From: an uncultured Gemmatimonadaceae bacterium
GTDB taxonomy: Bacteria; Gemmatimonadota; Gemmatimonadetes; Gemmatimonadales; Gemmatimonadaceae
Reading direction: 5' to 3'
Assembly (NCBI GenBank): GCA_963716745.1
Contig: OY970320.1
Span: forward strand, 512,001-576,000
Length of the DNA: 64,000 bases
Below the pieces are notes generated by a model. It was not told the DNA's origin. It saw only the letters and a program-made list of their open reading frames with translations, and did no database searches. Position 1 is the stretch's first letter. Each line of letters opens with the position of its first letter. Positions 20,532 to 31,320 of this stretch are shown one piece after another. The position numbers and the translations under genes are program-made.

Positions 20532-22931
20532 CGAGCTCTCCGTCGAGGGATTTGATCACCTTGTCGCGCCGGCCGGCGATCTCCTTCTCCTTGAGAGTGC
20601 GTTCCGGATGACGGAACGTCAATCGCCACGCGAGGCTGCGCATCCCGGCTGGTACGCCCGTACCGCGGAACTCGCTGAGCAGCTCGAGCGACTCGAGCAG
20701 CTCGCCGGCGGCGTTGCGCATCACCTGCTCCACCCGCGCGATAGGCATGTCGTTCGCGACGAGGAGCGAGAGATCGAAGCTGGCAGACGGCGTCGTGGCG
20801 AGCGGGCGGTAACGGCGGACTTCGGCAGGGCCGCTCTCGGCGCTAGGCGCCAGGCGCTTGGCGGGCGTGTTGTCCACCTGCATGAGCGTGAGTCCCACGC
20901 CGAACGCCGGCGCAGCCCACACGGGCGCGTCGAGGGTGAGGCGCAGGATCACACCTCGCCTCTCGCCGTTCACGATGATCTGCCAGAGTTCCGGCGCGGA
21001 TGATCCGCGGAATTCCACGGCGGCGCCAGGGAACGCCGCGCTCACCATGACTTCCGCGAGCGCGCGCGCATCCCATTCATCGAGGTCGGGCGGCTTGGGT
21101 TCAGTGAAGTGCGGCGGACGGCGGTGCCCCATGATCAGCGCGGCGGCGCGCATCTCCTCGCGCGGCAGCGGCCCTTCGCCCGGCGCGAACGCGGCGCCGA
21201 TCTCGAACAGGCGCACATCGCGATGCATCTGCGCGAGATTGTGCTCGCCCGCACGCACGAGCGACTCGATCACGTAGCGCCGCAGATACGGCTCGTCGGC
21301 GGCCAACGGATTCGTCACCCGCACATAGCCCTCGGCGGCGCCTTTCACGAACGGCAGCGGCCGCGCTTCGAGCAGGCCCGCCGCCACGAGCGCGTCGCGC
21401 ACGCGGCGACTGATGATCTCCACCGGCGAATCCGGCACCGCGCTCGGGCGGAACGCGCGGAGGTCGCCTGGCAGCGCGTCGTAGCCGTGCAGGCGCGCGA
21501 CCTCTTCGAGCAAGTCGACCGCCGCAGTGACATCGGGCCGCCAACCCGGAACGATCACCGCGAGTTGCTTCGCGCCGCGCGTCCGCGACCTCGAAGCCGA
21601 CGCTGCGCAGCAGCTGCGCGATGCGCGGCGTGGGGAGCGACTCGCCGAGCATCGCGCCGATGCGCTCCGGATCCAGCTCGATGCGCACGCGCGGCCGGGC
21701 CCGCGGATGCAGGTCCACCGGGGCGCCCTCCACGGATCCACCCGCGAGCGCGAGCAGCATGCGCACGGCACGCACGAGCGCGCGCGGAGGCAGTTCGGGA
21801 TCCACGCCGCGCTCGAAGCGATAGCTCGCGTCGGTGGTGAGACCGAGCGCACGCCGTGTGCGCCGAACGGCGGTCGCGTCGAAGTTCGCGACCTCGAGGA
21901 AGATGTCCGTCGTCGAGTCGGTCACCTCACTGTCGCGCCCGCCCATGACGCCGCCCACCGCCTGCGCGCGCTCGGCGTCCGCGATCACCGTCATGCTCTC
22001 ATCCAGCGTGCGCGCGACGCCGTCGAGCGTCGTGAGCTTCTCACCGGCTCGCCCGCGACGGATGATCACGCTCGCGCCCGCGAGCTTCGAGACGTCGAAC
22101 GCGTGCATCGGCTGCCCGAGCTCGTGCAGCAGGTAATTCGTGACATCCACCACGTTGTTGATCGAGCGGCTCCCCACGGCCGTGAGGCGCTCAACAAGCC
22201 ACGAGGGACTCGGCCCCACTTTCACGCCGCGGATGACGACGCCCATGTAGCGCGGCGCGCCCGCGGGATCCTCGAGCACGACGCGCACGCCGCCCGCCGC
22301 CGCCTCGCCCGCGTGATGCACGGCAGGCTCCACCTCGACCGCCTCGACGCCGGCGAGCTCGGGCAGCCGCACTTCGCCATCGGTCGCCGCGGCGAGCTCG
22401 CGCGCGATGCCGAAGTGCGAGAGGAGATCGGGACGGTTCGGCGTGACGTCGATCACGATACGCGTGTCGCCCACCGGCATCGCCCTCAAGAATGGCGTGC
22501 CAGGCGCCGCGTCGGTCTCGAGCTCGAGGATGCCGACGTGCTCATCGGAGAGTCCGAGCTCGCGCGCCGAGCAGAGCATGCCGTTCGAGATCGCGCCGCG
22601 GATCTTCCGCTTCTCGAGCTTGAGCCCGCCCGGCAGCGTGCTGCCCGCGGGCGCGAACGGATATTTCTTGCCCGCGGTCACGTTCGGCGCGCCGCATACC
22701 ACGTCGAGCAGCTCGCCCGTGCCGGCGTCCACTTTCGTGACCGAGAGGTGATCGGAGTCCGGATGCTTCGCCGCCTCCACGACGAGGCCGATCACCACCT
22801 CGCGCAGATCGTCGCGCAGGCGCACGAGCTCGTCCACCGGGCAGCAGCGCGCGGTGATGAGATCGCGCATCTGCTCGGCGGTGAGCGGCGCAGTCGATGA
22901 ACGACTGCAGCCACGCGTGCGATGCGTTCAT
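20509..22931 (-). CDS. pheT: Phenylalanyl-tRNA synthetase beta subunit (frameshifts near 22890 and 21570)
   Basis: [42 protein letters not shown]-terminus. Confidence 0.95.
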
Positions 22932-23957
22932 GGCGCGAACTGCTCGAGCACGGCGATGTCCGAATCGTACAGCAAGCGGATGTCGGGAATGCCGTAGCGC
23001 GCGAGCGCGATGCGCGCCGGCCCCATGCCGAACGCCCATCCGCTGTAGCGCGACGGAGTCGATGCCGGCGTTGTCGAGCACCGCGGGATGCATGAGGCCG
23101 GAGCCGAGGATCTCGATCCAGCCGGTGCCCTTGCACGCGGCGCAGCCCGCGCCGTGGCACACGCCGCACGTCACGTCCATCTCCGCCGACGGCTCGGTGA
23201 ACGGGAAATAGCTCGGCCGGAAGCGCGTCTTCGTCTCGCCGAAGAAGCGATTCGCGAAATGCGTGAGCGTGGCTTTCAGATCGACGAAGGAGATCCCTTC
23301 ATCGACCGCCATCCCTTCGAGCTGCGCGAACATCGGCGCGTGCGACGCGTCGAAGAAATCGCGGCGGTACACGTTGCCCGGCGCGAGGATGCGAATGGGC
23401 GGCGAGTACGATTGGAGCGTGCGCACTTGCACCGGCGAGGTATGCGTGCGCAGCAGCGCGCCGCTCTCGAGGTACAGCGTGTCGTGCATGTCCATCGCCG
23501 GATGATCGGCGGGGAAATTCAGCGCGCCGAAGTTGTACCACTCCGTTTCCGCTTCGGGGCCGGTGGCGATCGTGAATCCGATCTCGCGGAAGATCGCCTG
23601 GATCTCCTCGAGCACGACCGTCACGGGGTGCTTCGCGCCGCGCCACACGCGCCGCGGCGGCATGGTCGCGTCGAGCGCGGGCCCCGCGGGCGCCGCCGCA
23701 GCGAACGCCGCCGCGCGCGCATCGAGCGCCGTCTCGAGCGCCTGCTTCACACGATTCGCCGCCGCGCCCGCCTCGCGCCGCTCGGCCGCCGGCAGCGTGC
23801 CGAGCGTACCCATGAGATCCGTGAGCCGCCCGCTCTTGCGACCGACGAGCGCAGTGCGCGCCGCCGTGAGCGCATCGGCCGAGTCGGCCGCCGCGATCAT
23901 CGCGAGTCCGTCCCCCTCGAGGACGCGTGCCGACTCCTGGAATTCTCCGAGTGTCAT
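22928..23957 (-). CDS. pheS: Phenylalanyl-tRNA synthetase alpha subunit (frameshift near 23050)
   Basis: [30 protein letters not shown] in the shifted frame. Confidence 0.95.
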
Positions 23958-24059
23958 GTGACTCCAAGATGCGTCACGGCGGCAGTCGCGACAATGTCGC
24001 GCCTGCCGCCGCACCGAAGTCCGCCTTCTAACGTCTAGGTCTAGCGTCTAGGTCTGCAG

Positions 24060-24422
24060 TTACGCCGCCGTGACCGCCGCGCGCGCCTTGTCCGCGAGCA
24101 CCCCAAAAGCTACGGGATCATGCACCGCGAGATCCGCCAGGATCTTCCGGTCTACTTCCACGCCCGCCTTCTTGAGCCCGTGCATGAACACGTTGTAGCT
24201 CATGTCGTGCTGCCGCGCGCCGGCGTTGATGCGGATGATCCAGAGCTTCCGGAAATCGCGCTTCTTATTCTTGCGGTCGCGGTAGGCGTACTTCCAACCG
24301 CGCTCGACGTTCTCCTTCGCGGCCTTCCATAGCTTCGAGCGCGCGCCGAATCCGCCGCGCGCGGCCTTCATGATCCCCTTCTTCCGCTTCAGGCGGACGA
24401 CATTCGATTTGACGCGAGGCAT
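24060..24422 (-). CDS. rplT: 50S ribosomal protein L20
   Basis: YAYRDRKNKKRDFRKLWIIRINAG. Confidence 0.98.
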   Translation of the reverse strand: MPRVKSNVVRLKRKKGIMKAARGGFGARSKLWKAAKENVERGWKYAYRDRKNKKRDFRKLWIIRINAGARQHDMSYNVFMHGLKKAGVEVDRKILADLAVHDPVAFGVLADKARAAVTAA

Positions 24423-24432
24423 GGGAGTCTCC

Positions 24433-24627
24433 TTACGCCTGAATGAGGCGCTTGATGCGCTTCTGGTCGCCCGGCGTCGCGATCGTGCCGGGACGGCGAG
24501 CGTGCCGCTTCTTCTTCGACGTCTTCTTGGTCAGGATATGGCTTCGGCCGGCCTTGCCGCGTTTGATCTTGCCGGAACCGGTCAGCTTGAAGCGCTTCTT
24601 CGCGCCTTTGTGCGTCTTCATCTTCAT
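24433..24627 (-). CDS. rpmI: 50S ribosomal protein L35
   Basis: [19 protein letters not shown]. Confidence 0.97.
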   Translation of the reverse strand: MKMKTHKGAKKRFKLTGSGKIKRGKAGRSHILTKKTSKKKRHARRPGTIATPGDQKRIKRLIQA

Positions 24628-24640
24628 CGGTCGGTCAGCC

Positions 24641-25156
24641 TCACTTGGGCGCCAGGATCAGCGTCATGTTCTTGCCTTCGAGTTTCGCATCCGTTTCGAT
24701 CTTCGAGATGTCCGCCAGGTCCTTCACCACCCGGTCGAGCACGACCTTGCCGAGCTCGGGGTGAGCGAGCTGCCGCCCGCGGAACATCATCGTGACTTTC
24801 ACTTTATTGCCTTCGCCCAGGAAGCGGCGCGCGTGCCGGGTCTTCGTATCGAAATCATGATCATCGATGCCCGGCCGGTACTTCACTTCCTTCAGGTGAA
24901 TGACGTGCTGTTTCTTCTTCGCGATCCGCGCCTGCTTGGCCGCTTCGAACTTGAACTTGCCGTAGTCCATGATGCGGACCACGGGCGGCCGCGCGGTCGC
25001 GGCGACTTCCACCAGATCGAGCCCGGCCGCTTCCGCTTGCGCGAGTGCGGCCTCGAGCTCGAGGATCCCCAATTGGCTCCCATCGGCGCCGATCACACGC
25101 AACGGACTGATGCGGATCTGACGATTCACTCGTACGCGCTTCGTGCTGTCCTGAAT
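24641..25156 (-). CDS. infC: Translation initiation factor IF-3, ATT start codon
   Basis: [22 protein letters not shown] 8 nt upstream of ATT-CAG-GAC. Confidence 0.95.
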   Translation of the reverse strand: MQDSTKRVRVNRQIRISPLRVIGADGSQLGILELEAALAQAEAAGLDLVEVAATARPPVVRIMDYGKFKFEAAKQARIAKKKQHVIHLKEVKYRPGIDDHDFDTKTRHARRFLGEGNKVKVTMMFRGRQLAHPELGKVVLDRVVKDLADISKIETDAKLEGKNMTLILAPK

Positions 25157-25181
25157 GGGCGCTGCTCCTAATTGAGAAGAC

Positions 25182-25327
25182 AAAAAAATCGCGGACACCA
25201 CTCTCCGGAGTCCGCGATGGACGGCACGCCGCCCCGAAAACGCGGGCGCTGGCCGACCGACGACTCCTGCAGCACACCTCGCCAGAGCGAGGGCCGGAGG
25301 GTGAGAGCGGTGGTCGCCGCTCTACTT
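25182..25327 (-). promoter_or_regulatory. L20 ribosomal-protein leader with intrinsic terminator
   Basis: AAGTAGAGCGG...CCGCTCTCACC 5' hairpin; TCGCGGAC...GTCCGCGA-TTTTTTT terminator upstream of infC-rpmI-rplT. Confidence 0.7.
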
Positions 25328-25369
25328 ACTCTATTGTGACTGCGGAATTTAGCGCGCTCCGTCTCGAAG

Positions 25370-26719
25370 TCAACGGCCGCTGACTTTCACGGCACCCTTC
25401 TTCATGCCGCCACTCGCCAAGTAATCCACGGTGAGGCTCGCCAGCGCGCGCACGCCCACGGGCAGCGCCGCTTCGTCGGCGAAGAAGTAGGGCGAATGAT
25501 TGGGCGGCGCCGTGGTCGGGTCGGTGCCCGGCGGCACGACGCCCAGGAAGAAGAACATGCCCGGGATCTTCTCCGCGTACGCCGAGAAGTCCTCACTCGG
25601 CGTGAGCGGCGTCATGTCGGCGTCCACCTTGGAGCCGGCCACGCGGCGCAACGATGGCAGCATCTTCGCCACCAGCGCCGGATCGTTGATCGTCGGCGAG
25701 TAGCCGCCCTCGACTTCGGTGGTCGCCGTCGCGCCCGCGCTCGCCGCGATCCCTTCCGCGGTGCGCTTCACAAGCTCCGCGATCTGCTTCTCCATGCCCG
25801 GCACGAAGGTGCGCACGGTGCCGATCATCACCACACTGTCGGGGATGATGTTCCCGCGATTGCCGCCATTGATGGCGCCCACGGTGATCACCGCCGCGCC
25901 CTTTCTGAGGTCGAGCTCCCGGCTCGTGATCGTCTGCAGTCCGAGCACGATCTGGGACGCCACCACGATGGGATCCACGCCGCGCCATGGTTGCGCACCG
26001 TGCGTCTGCTTCCCGTGTACCACGATCTTGAGTCCTGCGGCGCTCGCCATGAGCGAGCCGGGGCGCAGATCGATGTCGCCGGTGGTGTTGGTCCACACAT
26101 GCAGGCCGAAGATCGCCTCGGGCGACGGATTCTCGAGCGCGCCGTCCTTGATCATCGCCGATGCGCCGCCGGTCTCGCCGGCGGGCGGCCCCTCCTCTGC
26201 CGGCTGGAAGATGAATACGACGGTGCCCGGCAGATCGGCCTTCATTCCGCTGAGCACGGTCGCGACGCCCAGCAGGATCGCGACGTGATTGTCATGCCCG
26301 CACGCGTGCATCACGCCCACTTCCTGTCCGTTGTACTGGGCCTTCACGGTGGACTTGAACGGCAGGTCCACCTGCTCCGTCACCGGCAGCGCGTCCATGT
26401 CCGCGCGCAGCGCGACCACGGGGCCCGGCTTCCCGCCCACGAGCACGCCCACGACACCGGTGTGGCCGACCCCAGTGCGCACCGAGAGCCCGAGCTTCGT
26501 GAGCTGCGCGGCGACGAGTGCACTCGTGCGGAATTCGCGGTTCCCCAGCTCCGGGTGCTGATGGATGTCGCGCCGCCACGCGATCACTTGCGGCATCACG
26601 GTGACGGTCGCCTTGTCCACCATCGCGCGCAGCTGCGCGGTGTCGGAGTGCTGCGCGCTCAGCGGCGCGGCGACGACGAGCGTGGCGAGTGCGAGCATAG
26701 TGCGGACGCGGACCATCAT
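25370..26719 (-). CDS. M20 family amidohydrolase, secreted
   Basis: RADMDALP, MHACGHD, FQPAEEG, SEDF; signal peptide. Confidence 0.92.
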   Translation of the reverse strand: MMVRVRTMLALATLVVAAPLSAQHSDTAQLRAMVDKATVTVMPQVIAWRRDIHQHPELGNREFRTSALVAAQLTKLGLSVRTGVGHTGVVGVLVGGKPGPVVALRADMDALPVTEQVDLPFKSTVKAQYNGQEVGVMHACGHDNHVAILLGVATVLSGMKADLPGTVVFIFQPAEEGPPAGETGGASAMIKDGALENPSPEAIFGLHVWTNTTGDIDLRPGSLMASAAGLKIVVHGKQTHGAQPWRGVDPIVVASQIVLGLQTITSRELDLRKGAAVITVGAINGGNRGNIIPDSVVMIGTVRTFVPGMEKQIAELVKRTAEGIAASAGATATTEVEGGYSPTINDPALVAKMLPSLRRVAGSKVDADMTPLTPSEDFSAYAEKIPGMFFFLGVVPPGTDPTTAPPNHSPYFFADEAALPVGVRALASLTVDYLASGGMKKGAVKVSGR

Positions 26720-27600
26720 GGAGCCTCCGGAGCGAGCGAGTATGCCTTGCCATCATGCACGAGCCGGCCGTTCGACACGGTGGCATCGTGCTCGAAGATC
26801 AGCCGCCATCCTTCCTCGAACGCGCGCCGCAGGATGACGCGCTTGGTCTCGAGCGTGACGAGCGGCTCCACATCGTATCCCATGATCCACGGAAGCGGGA
26901 GGTGCGAGGCCGTGGGCACGAGGTCCGCCAGGAAGAACGCATGCTCGCCGCGCGAGGAAAGCAGGATCCCCTGATGATGCGGCGTGTGACCGGGCGTGGG
27001 GATCACGCGCACTCCCGGCACGATCTCCTTCTCGCCTTCCACGAGATCGGCGCGCCCCGCTTCGACGACCGGCGCGAAGTTGTGCGGGAAATAACTCGCC
27101 GCCGTGCGCTCGTTCGTGTCCGCCGCGTACATGTACTCGCCGCGCTGCATCACGTAGCGCGCGTTCGGGAAGGTGAGCTTCACGTTCCCCGCCGCGTCGC
27201 GATACGTGTTCCCGCCCGCGTGATCGAAATGCAGATGACTGTCGATCACCAGCACGACGTCCTCGGCCGTGTGGCCCGTCTGCGCGAGCGCCGACTCGAG
27301 CATCGTGCGGCCGCCTTCGCCGGCGTTCTCGATGCCATAGATGTCGATGAACTTCTCGGATTCCTTGTTCCCCGCCCCGGTGTCCACGACGATCAGTCCC
27401 GCGTCGTGCTCGATGAGCATGCAGCGCATGCCGAGCTGGATGCGGTTGCGCGCGTCCGCGGGGATGCGCCGCTCCCAGAGCGGCTTGGGCACGACGCCGA
27501 ACATCGCGCCGCCGTCGAGCCGCTGGCCGCCAGCCTGCAGCAGGTGCACGGTGTACGCTCCCACCGTGATGCGCTCGACCAACGGTGTGGGCGCCGTCAT
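26716..27600 (-). CDS. MBL-fold metallo-hydrolase (YtnP-like)
   Basis: LDGGAMFGVVPKPLW, SHLHFDHAGG. Confidence 0.9.
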   Translation of the reverse strand: MTAPTPLVERITVGAYTVHLLQAGGQRLDGGAMFGVVPKPLWERRIPADARNRIQLGMRCMLIEHDAGLIVVDTGAGNKESEKFIDIYGIENAGEGGRTMLESALAQTGHTAEDVVLVIDSHLHFDHAGGNTYRDAAGNVKLTFPNARYVMQRGEYMYAADTNERTAASYFPHNFAPVVEAGRADLVEGEKEIVPGVRVIPTPGHTPHHQGILLSSRGEHAFFLADLVPTASHLPLPWIMGYDVEPLVTLETKRVILRRAFEEGWRLIFEHDATVSNGRLVHDGKAYSLAPEAP

Positions 27601-28511
27601 GCGGAGCCATCCTCGCGCACCGGGCCAGGCATCCCCGAGAGGCGCGACCGGTTGCCGCGCGCGCGCGCGCCCAGGAATTGCTGCAGATCGCTCCACGTAT
27701 TGCACTCGCGCTCGCGAACCACGCTGAGCATCCGCAACAGGATCTGCGCGGTGGCGTGTGCGTCGCCCATCGCGCGGTGGCGCGCCTCGTTCGCGACGCC
27801 GTAGTGATGCGAGACCGCGTCGAGCCGGCGGCTGGGCAGATAGGGGAGCACGCGTCGCGCGAGCTTCACCGTGCAGAGCTTGGGCCCGCTGAGACGGCGT
27901 CCAGTGGCGCGTTCCACTTCCGCGCGCACGAAGCGCCAGTCGAAATCGGCGTTGTGCGCGACGAAGACGTGGCCCTTCATCACGCGCAGGAGATCATCCA
28001 CGATGTCGGCGAAGCGCGGCGCATCCTTCACCATGTCCCACGAGATGTGCGTGAGCGAGGTGATGAAGGACGGGATCGGCCGTTCTGGATTCACGAGCGT
28101 GTCGAACGTTTCGGCGAGCTGGCCATCGCGCACGACGACGACGGCGATCTCGGTGATACGATCGCCTCCAGTTGCTTGCATGCCAGTGGTCTCCACGTCG
28201 ACCACTGCGTACGTGAGACTTGCCAGCTCCTTCTTCGCGGCGGACCGCGGCGGTCGGCTGTGGGCTGTCGCCGGCGGAACAGCAACGGCAACGACATCGG
28301 CGCACAGTTGCCAACGGCCCTCGGCGTCGCGCGCGAACTCCGGGCGGTCGGCGAACAGGGCCAGCGCCATCTGCTCGGCAACCACTCTCGGCGCGCCGGG
28401 CATCTGGCACACGTATTCAATGAGTGGCACCGCGTGCGCGGGCCCGCGCGCGAGCAGCTCGAGGGCGCGCTCGGTGAGCAGCGTCTCGGCGGGGCGCGCG
28501 GTCACGCCCAT
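27597..28511 (-). CDS. DEDDh 3'-5' exonuclease (DnaQ/PolC-like) with N-terminal extension
   Basis: VDVETTG, AHNADFD, HRAMGDA. Confidence 0.88.
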   Translation of the reverse strand: MGVTARPAETLLTERALELLARGPAHAVPLIEYVCQMPGAPRVVAEQMALALFADRPEFARDAEGRWQLCADVVAVAVPPATAHSRPPRSAAKKELASLTYAVVDVETTGMQATGGDRITEIAVVVVRDGQLAETFDTLVNPERPIPSFITSLTHISWDMVKDAPRFADIVDDLLRVMKGHVFVAHNADFDWRFVRAEVERATGRRLSGPKLCTVKLARRVLPYLPSRRLDAVSHHYGVANEARHRAMGDAHATAQILLRMLSVVRERECNTWSDLQQFLGARARGNRSRLSGMPGPVREDGSA

Positions 28512-29741
28512 GGATCGGCGCGCTCCAGCGGCAGCGTCATGCAGCGCGGTCCGCCGCCGGCGCGCACGAGTTCCGCGCCCTCGAAGGTGATCACCGCGCG
28601 CTCACCGTCCTTCAGCCGCTCGTCGCCGGCCAGCAACGATGCGCCGCTCACGGCGCGGAAGCCCATCTTCTCCATCTCGGCGATCGTCGTCTCATTGCGC
28701 GAGTACGACAGCACCACGCCCGGCCGCACCGCGAAGAAATTGCAACCGCTTGCCCATTGCTCGCGCTCCTGCACGATGCGCCGCTCACCGCCGCAGAACA
28801 CCGGCTCCATGGGCAGGCTCACCGCCTGCAGCGCGGCAAAGATGTTGGGCATCTCCTTCATCTGCTGCTGCCCTTTGCGCCGGTGCAAGATCGAGAGGCG
28901 CTCGGCGCCCACGAACGCCGGCGCGAAGATCGAGCAGAGTTCGAGGTCGAGCTGCGTGAACACCATGTCCAGATGGATCGCCGTCGTCTCCGTGGGCATG
29001 ATGACGATGATCACGTCGGTGACGGTCGTCTCCGTGAAGAATTTCTCTGTGATCGTGTCGATCGCCGCCGGGACTCGTGCGCTCGCTGAATCCCAAGAGC
29101 ACGGTGTCGGAGCGCAGCGGATGCACGTCGCCGCCTTCGAGCGTGTAGTTGTGCCGGCGCTCGGCGGCGCCGTCGTACATGATGCCCTTGTTCGCGAGCG
29201 CGGGATGGTAGCGGAAGAGTGCTTTCATGAGCAGCTCTTCCGACCAGCGCGCGCCATAGCGCATCGACCCGATCATCACGTGCTCGCCGACCACCATCGC
29301 CGTGTCGCGCGTGAAGAAGAGATTCGGCAGCGGCGGCAGCATGTAGCCCACCTCGTTCAGCGAGCGCGCGAGCGGGCCCGGATCCTCGGCCTCGCCCTCG
29401 ATGAGCATCTGCACGAGTTCGGCGGGCGGACGCTGCGCGATCTTCGCGGCGAGCGGCGACGACCCGACGATCTCGGCCGTCTCACGCATGAGCAATTCGC
29501 GCGCTTCGGCGTTCGCGGCGACCTCACCCAGAAGGTCGCGCACGAAGTGCACCTTGGAAAAGCGTTCCAGGATCGCGACGAACCGCCGGTGCTCGCGCTG
29601 CGCGGCCTCGACGTCGATGATGTCATCGTAGAGGTAGTCGTCGCGGGTGGCGGGGGTGACGGCGAGGAGCTCGGGCCCGGGCGTGTGAACGAGGACCGAC
29701 CCCAGACGGCCGATCTCGGAGGTGATGTGGACGGGCATCAC
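28502..29741 (-). CDS. arcA: Arginine deiminase family protein (frameshift near 29070)
   Basis: SEIGRL, PNLFFTRD, LEGGD, HLD, GGGPRCMTLP. Confidence 0.88.
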
Positions 29742-29840
29742 CGAAGATAATCCGGAAGCAGGGTGGGCGGAACGAGCGCCGGCGCGCTGGACGGGCGCCA
29801 GGAGCGAAGCCGCTAGCGATGCGGGCGCGGAGTTCTTAAC

Positions 29841-29858
29841 TTGTGAACAATTTCACAA
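29841..29858. promoter_or_regulatory. Rex operator
   Basis: TTGTGAA-CAAT-TTCACAA matches the consensus TTGTGAA-N4-TTCACAA, 12 bp upstream of rex. Confidence 0.88.
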
Positions 29859-29870
29859 ACCTCCCCTGCC

Positions 29871-30494
29871 TTGAAGCGCATCGCCGATTCCACCGTTCGC
29901 CGGCTCTCCCTGTACCTCCGCTTCCTCGAGGATTTCGAGGCGAAGGGACTCGCGACCATCTCGAGCAATGAGCTCGCCGCGCGCGGTGGCACCACCTCCG
30001 CCCAGGTCCGGAAGGACCTCTCCTTCTTCGGATCGTTCGGCAAGCGCGGGCTCGGCTACTCCGTGCCCGAACTCGAGCGCCGCCTGCGCCGCATCCTCGG
30101 CCTCGAGCGCGAATGGAGCGTCGTGATCGTCGGTGCCGGCAAGATCGGCGCGGCGCTCGCGCAGTACAGCGGATTCCGCGAGCGGGGCTTCAAGATCCTC
30201 GCCGTCTACGATGAGGATCCCGCCAAGATCGGAAGGAAGGTGGATGGCGTGACCGTGCGCCCGATGTCCGACCTCGCGCGCGACGCCGCCAAGCATCGCG
30301 CCGACATCGCGGTCCTCACCGTGCCCGGCACGGCCGCGCAACATGTGGTGGACATCGTGGTCGCCGCCGGCATTCGCGCCGTGATGAATTTCGCGCCCGT
30401 GCAGCTCAACGTGCCCGACAATGTGACGGTGAAGGATGTGAACATGGCGATGGAACTCGAAGGCCTGTCCTTCGCCCTCACGAACCAGGGTTAA
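29871..30494 (+). CDS. rex: Redox-sensing transcriptional repressor Rex
   Basis: RRLSLYLR, QVRKDLSFFGSFGKRGLGY, GAGKIG, NFAP. Confidence 0.96.
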   Translation: MKRIADSTVRRLSLYLRFLEDFEAKGLATISSNELAARGGTTSAQVRKDLSFFGSFGKRGLGYSVPELERRLRRILGLEREWSVVIVGAGKIGAALAQYSGFRERGFKILAVYDEDPAKIGRKVDGVTVRPMSDLARDAAKHRADIAVLTVPGTAAQHVVDIVVAAGIRAVMNFAPVQLNVPDNVTVKDVNMAMELEGLSFALTNQG

Positions 30495-31320
30495 GCGCGA
30501 CGAACAGCCGCGCGAAATCCGCCGGCGAGAGCGTTTCCGGCCGGGCTTCGGGCGCGATCGCGATCCCTGACAGCAATGCATCGGCGGCCGCCGCATCGAG
30601 CGACGCGACCGAGCGCAGCACCCGCGCCATCTGCTTCCGCCGCTGCGCGAACACCGCTTGCACCATGCGGCGGAATCGCTCCTCCTGCGGCGGCGGCACC
30701 GCCGTGTCGTCGCGTGGCGTGATGCGCACGACGGCACTCTCCACCTTCGGCGGCGGTTTGAACGCGCCCGCCGGCACGCCGAACAGCAGCTCCACGCGGG
30801 CCAACGTCTGGAGCGTCACCGAGAGCGCGCCGTACGTCTTGGAGCCCGGCGGTGCGGCCATCCGCTCCGCCACCTCACGCTGCACCAGGAACACCGCGCG
30901 CGTAGGCCGCGGCGCACGCAGCGCGTGGAAGATGATGGGCGTGGTGATGTAGTACGGCACGTTGCCGATCAGCACATAGCGCCCGCCGGCGAGCGCGCCG
31001 AGGTCCTGCGCGAGCACATCGCCTTCTATGATGCGCACGCGCGGCTCCGACTCGTACCGCTCGCGCAGCGCCGCGGCGAGCGCACGGTCGATCTCCACCG
31101 CGATCACGTGACCGGCGCGCGACACGAGCTGGGACGTGAGCGAACCGCGCCCGGGGCCGATCTCGATCACCGTGTCGTTCGCCGTGAGTTCCGCCGCGTC
31201 GGCGATCCGCGCGAGCAGTTTGGGATCGCTCAGGAAATGCTGGCCGAAGCGCTTGAGCACCGGCGGCGCGCCGGATCGCTTCGCGCCGGGCTTCTTCGCG
31301 CCGCTCCGCTTGGGCGGCAC
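30478..31320 (-). CDS. rsmA: 16S rRNA dimethyladenosine transferase
   Basis: FGQHFL, EIGPGRG, NVPYYIT, PPPKVES. Confidence 0.95.
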   Translation of the reverse strand: MPPKRSGAKKPGAKRSGAPPVLKRFGQHFLSDPKLLARIADAAELTANDTVIEIGPGRGSLTSQLVSRAGHVIAVEIDRALAAALRERYESEPRVRIIEGDVLAQDLGALAGGRYVLIGNVPYYITTPIIFHALRAPRPTRAVFLVQREVAERMAAPPGSKTYGALSVTLQTLARVELLFGVPAGAFKPPPKVESAVVRITPRDDTAVPPPQEERFRRMVQAVFAQRRKQMARVLRSVASLDAAAADALLSGIAIAPEARPETLSPADFARLFVALNPGS

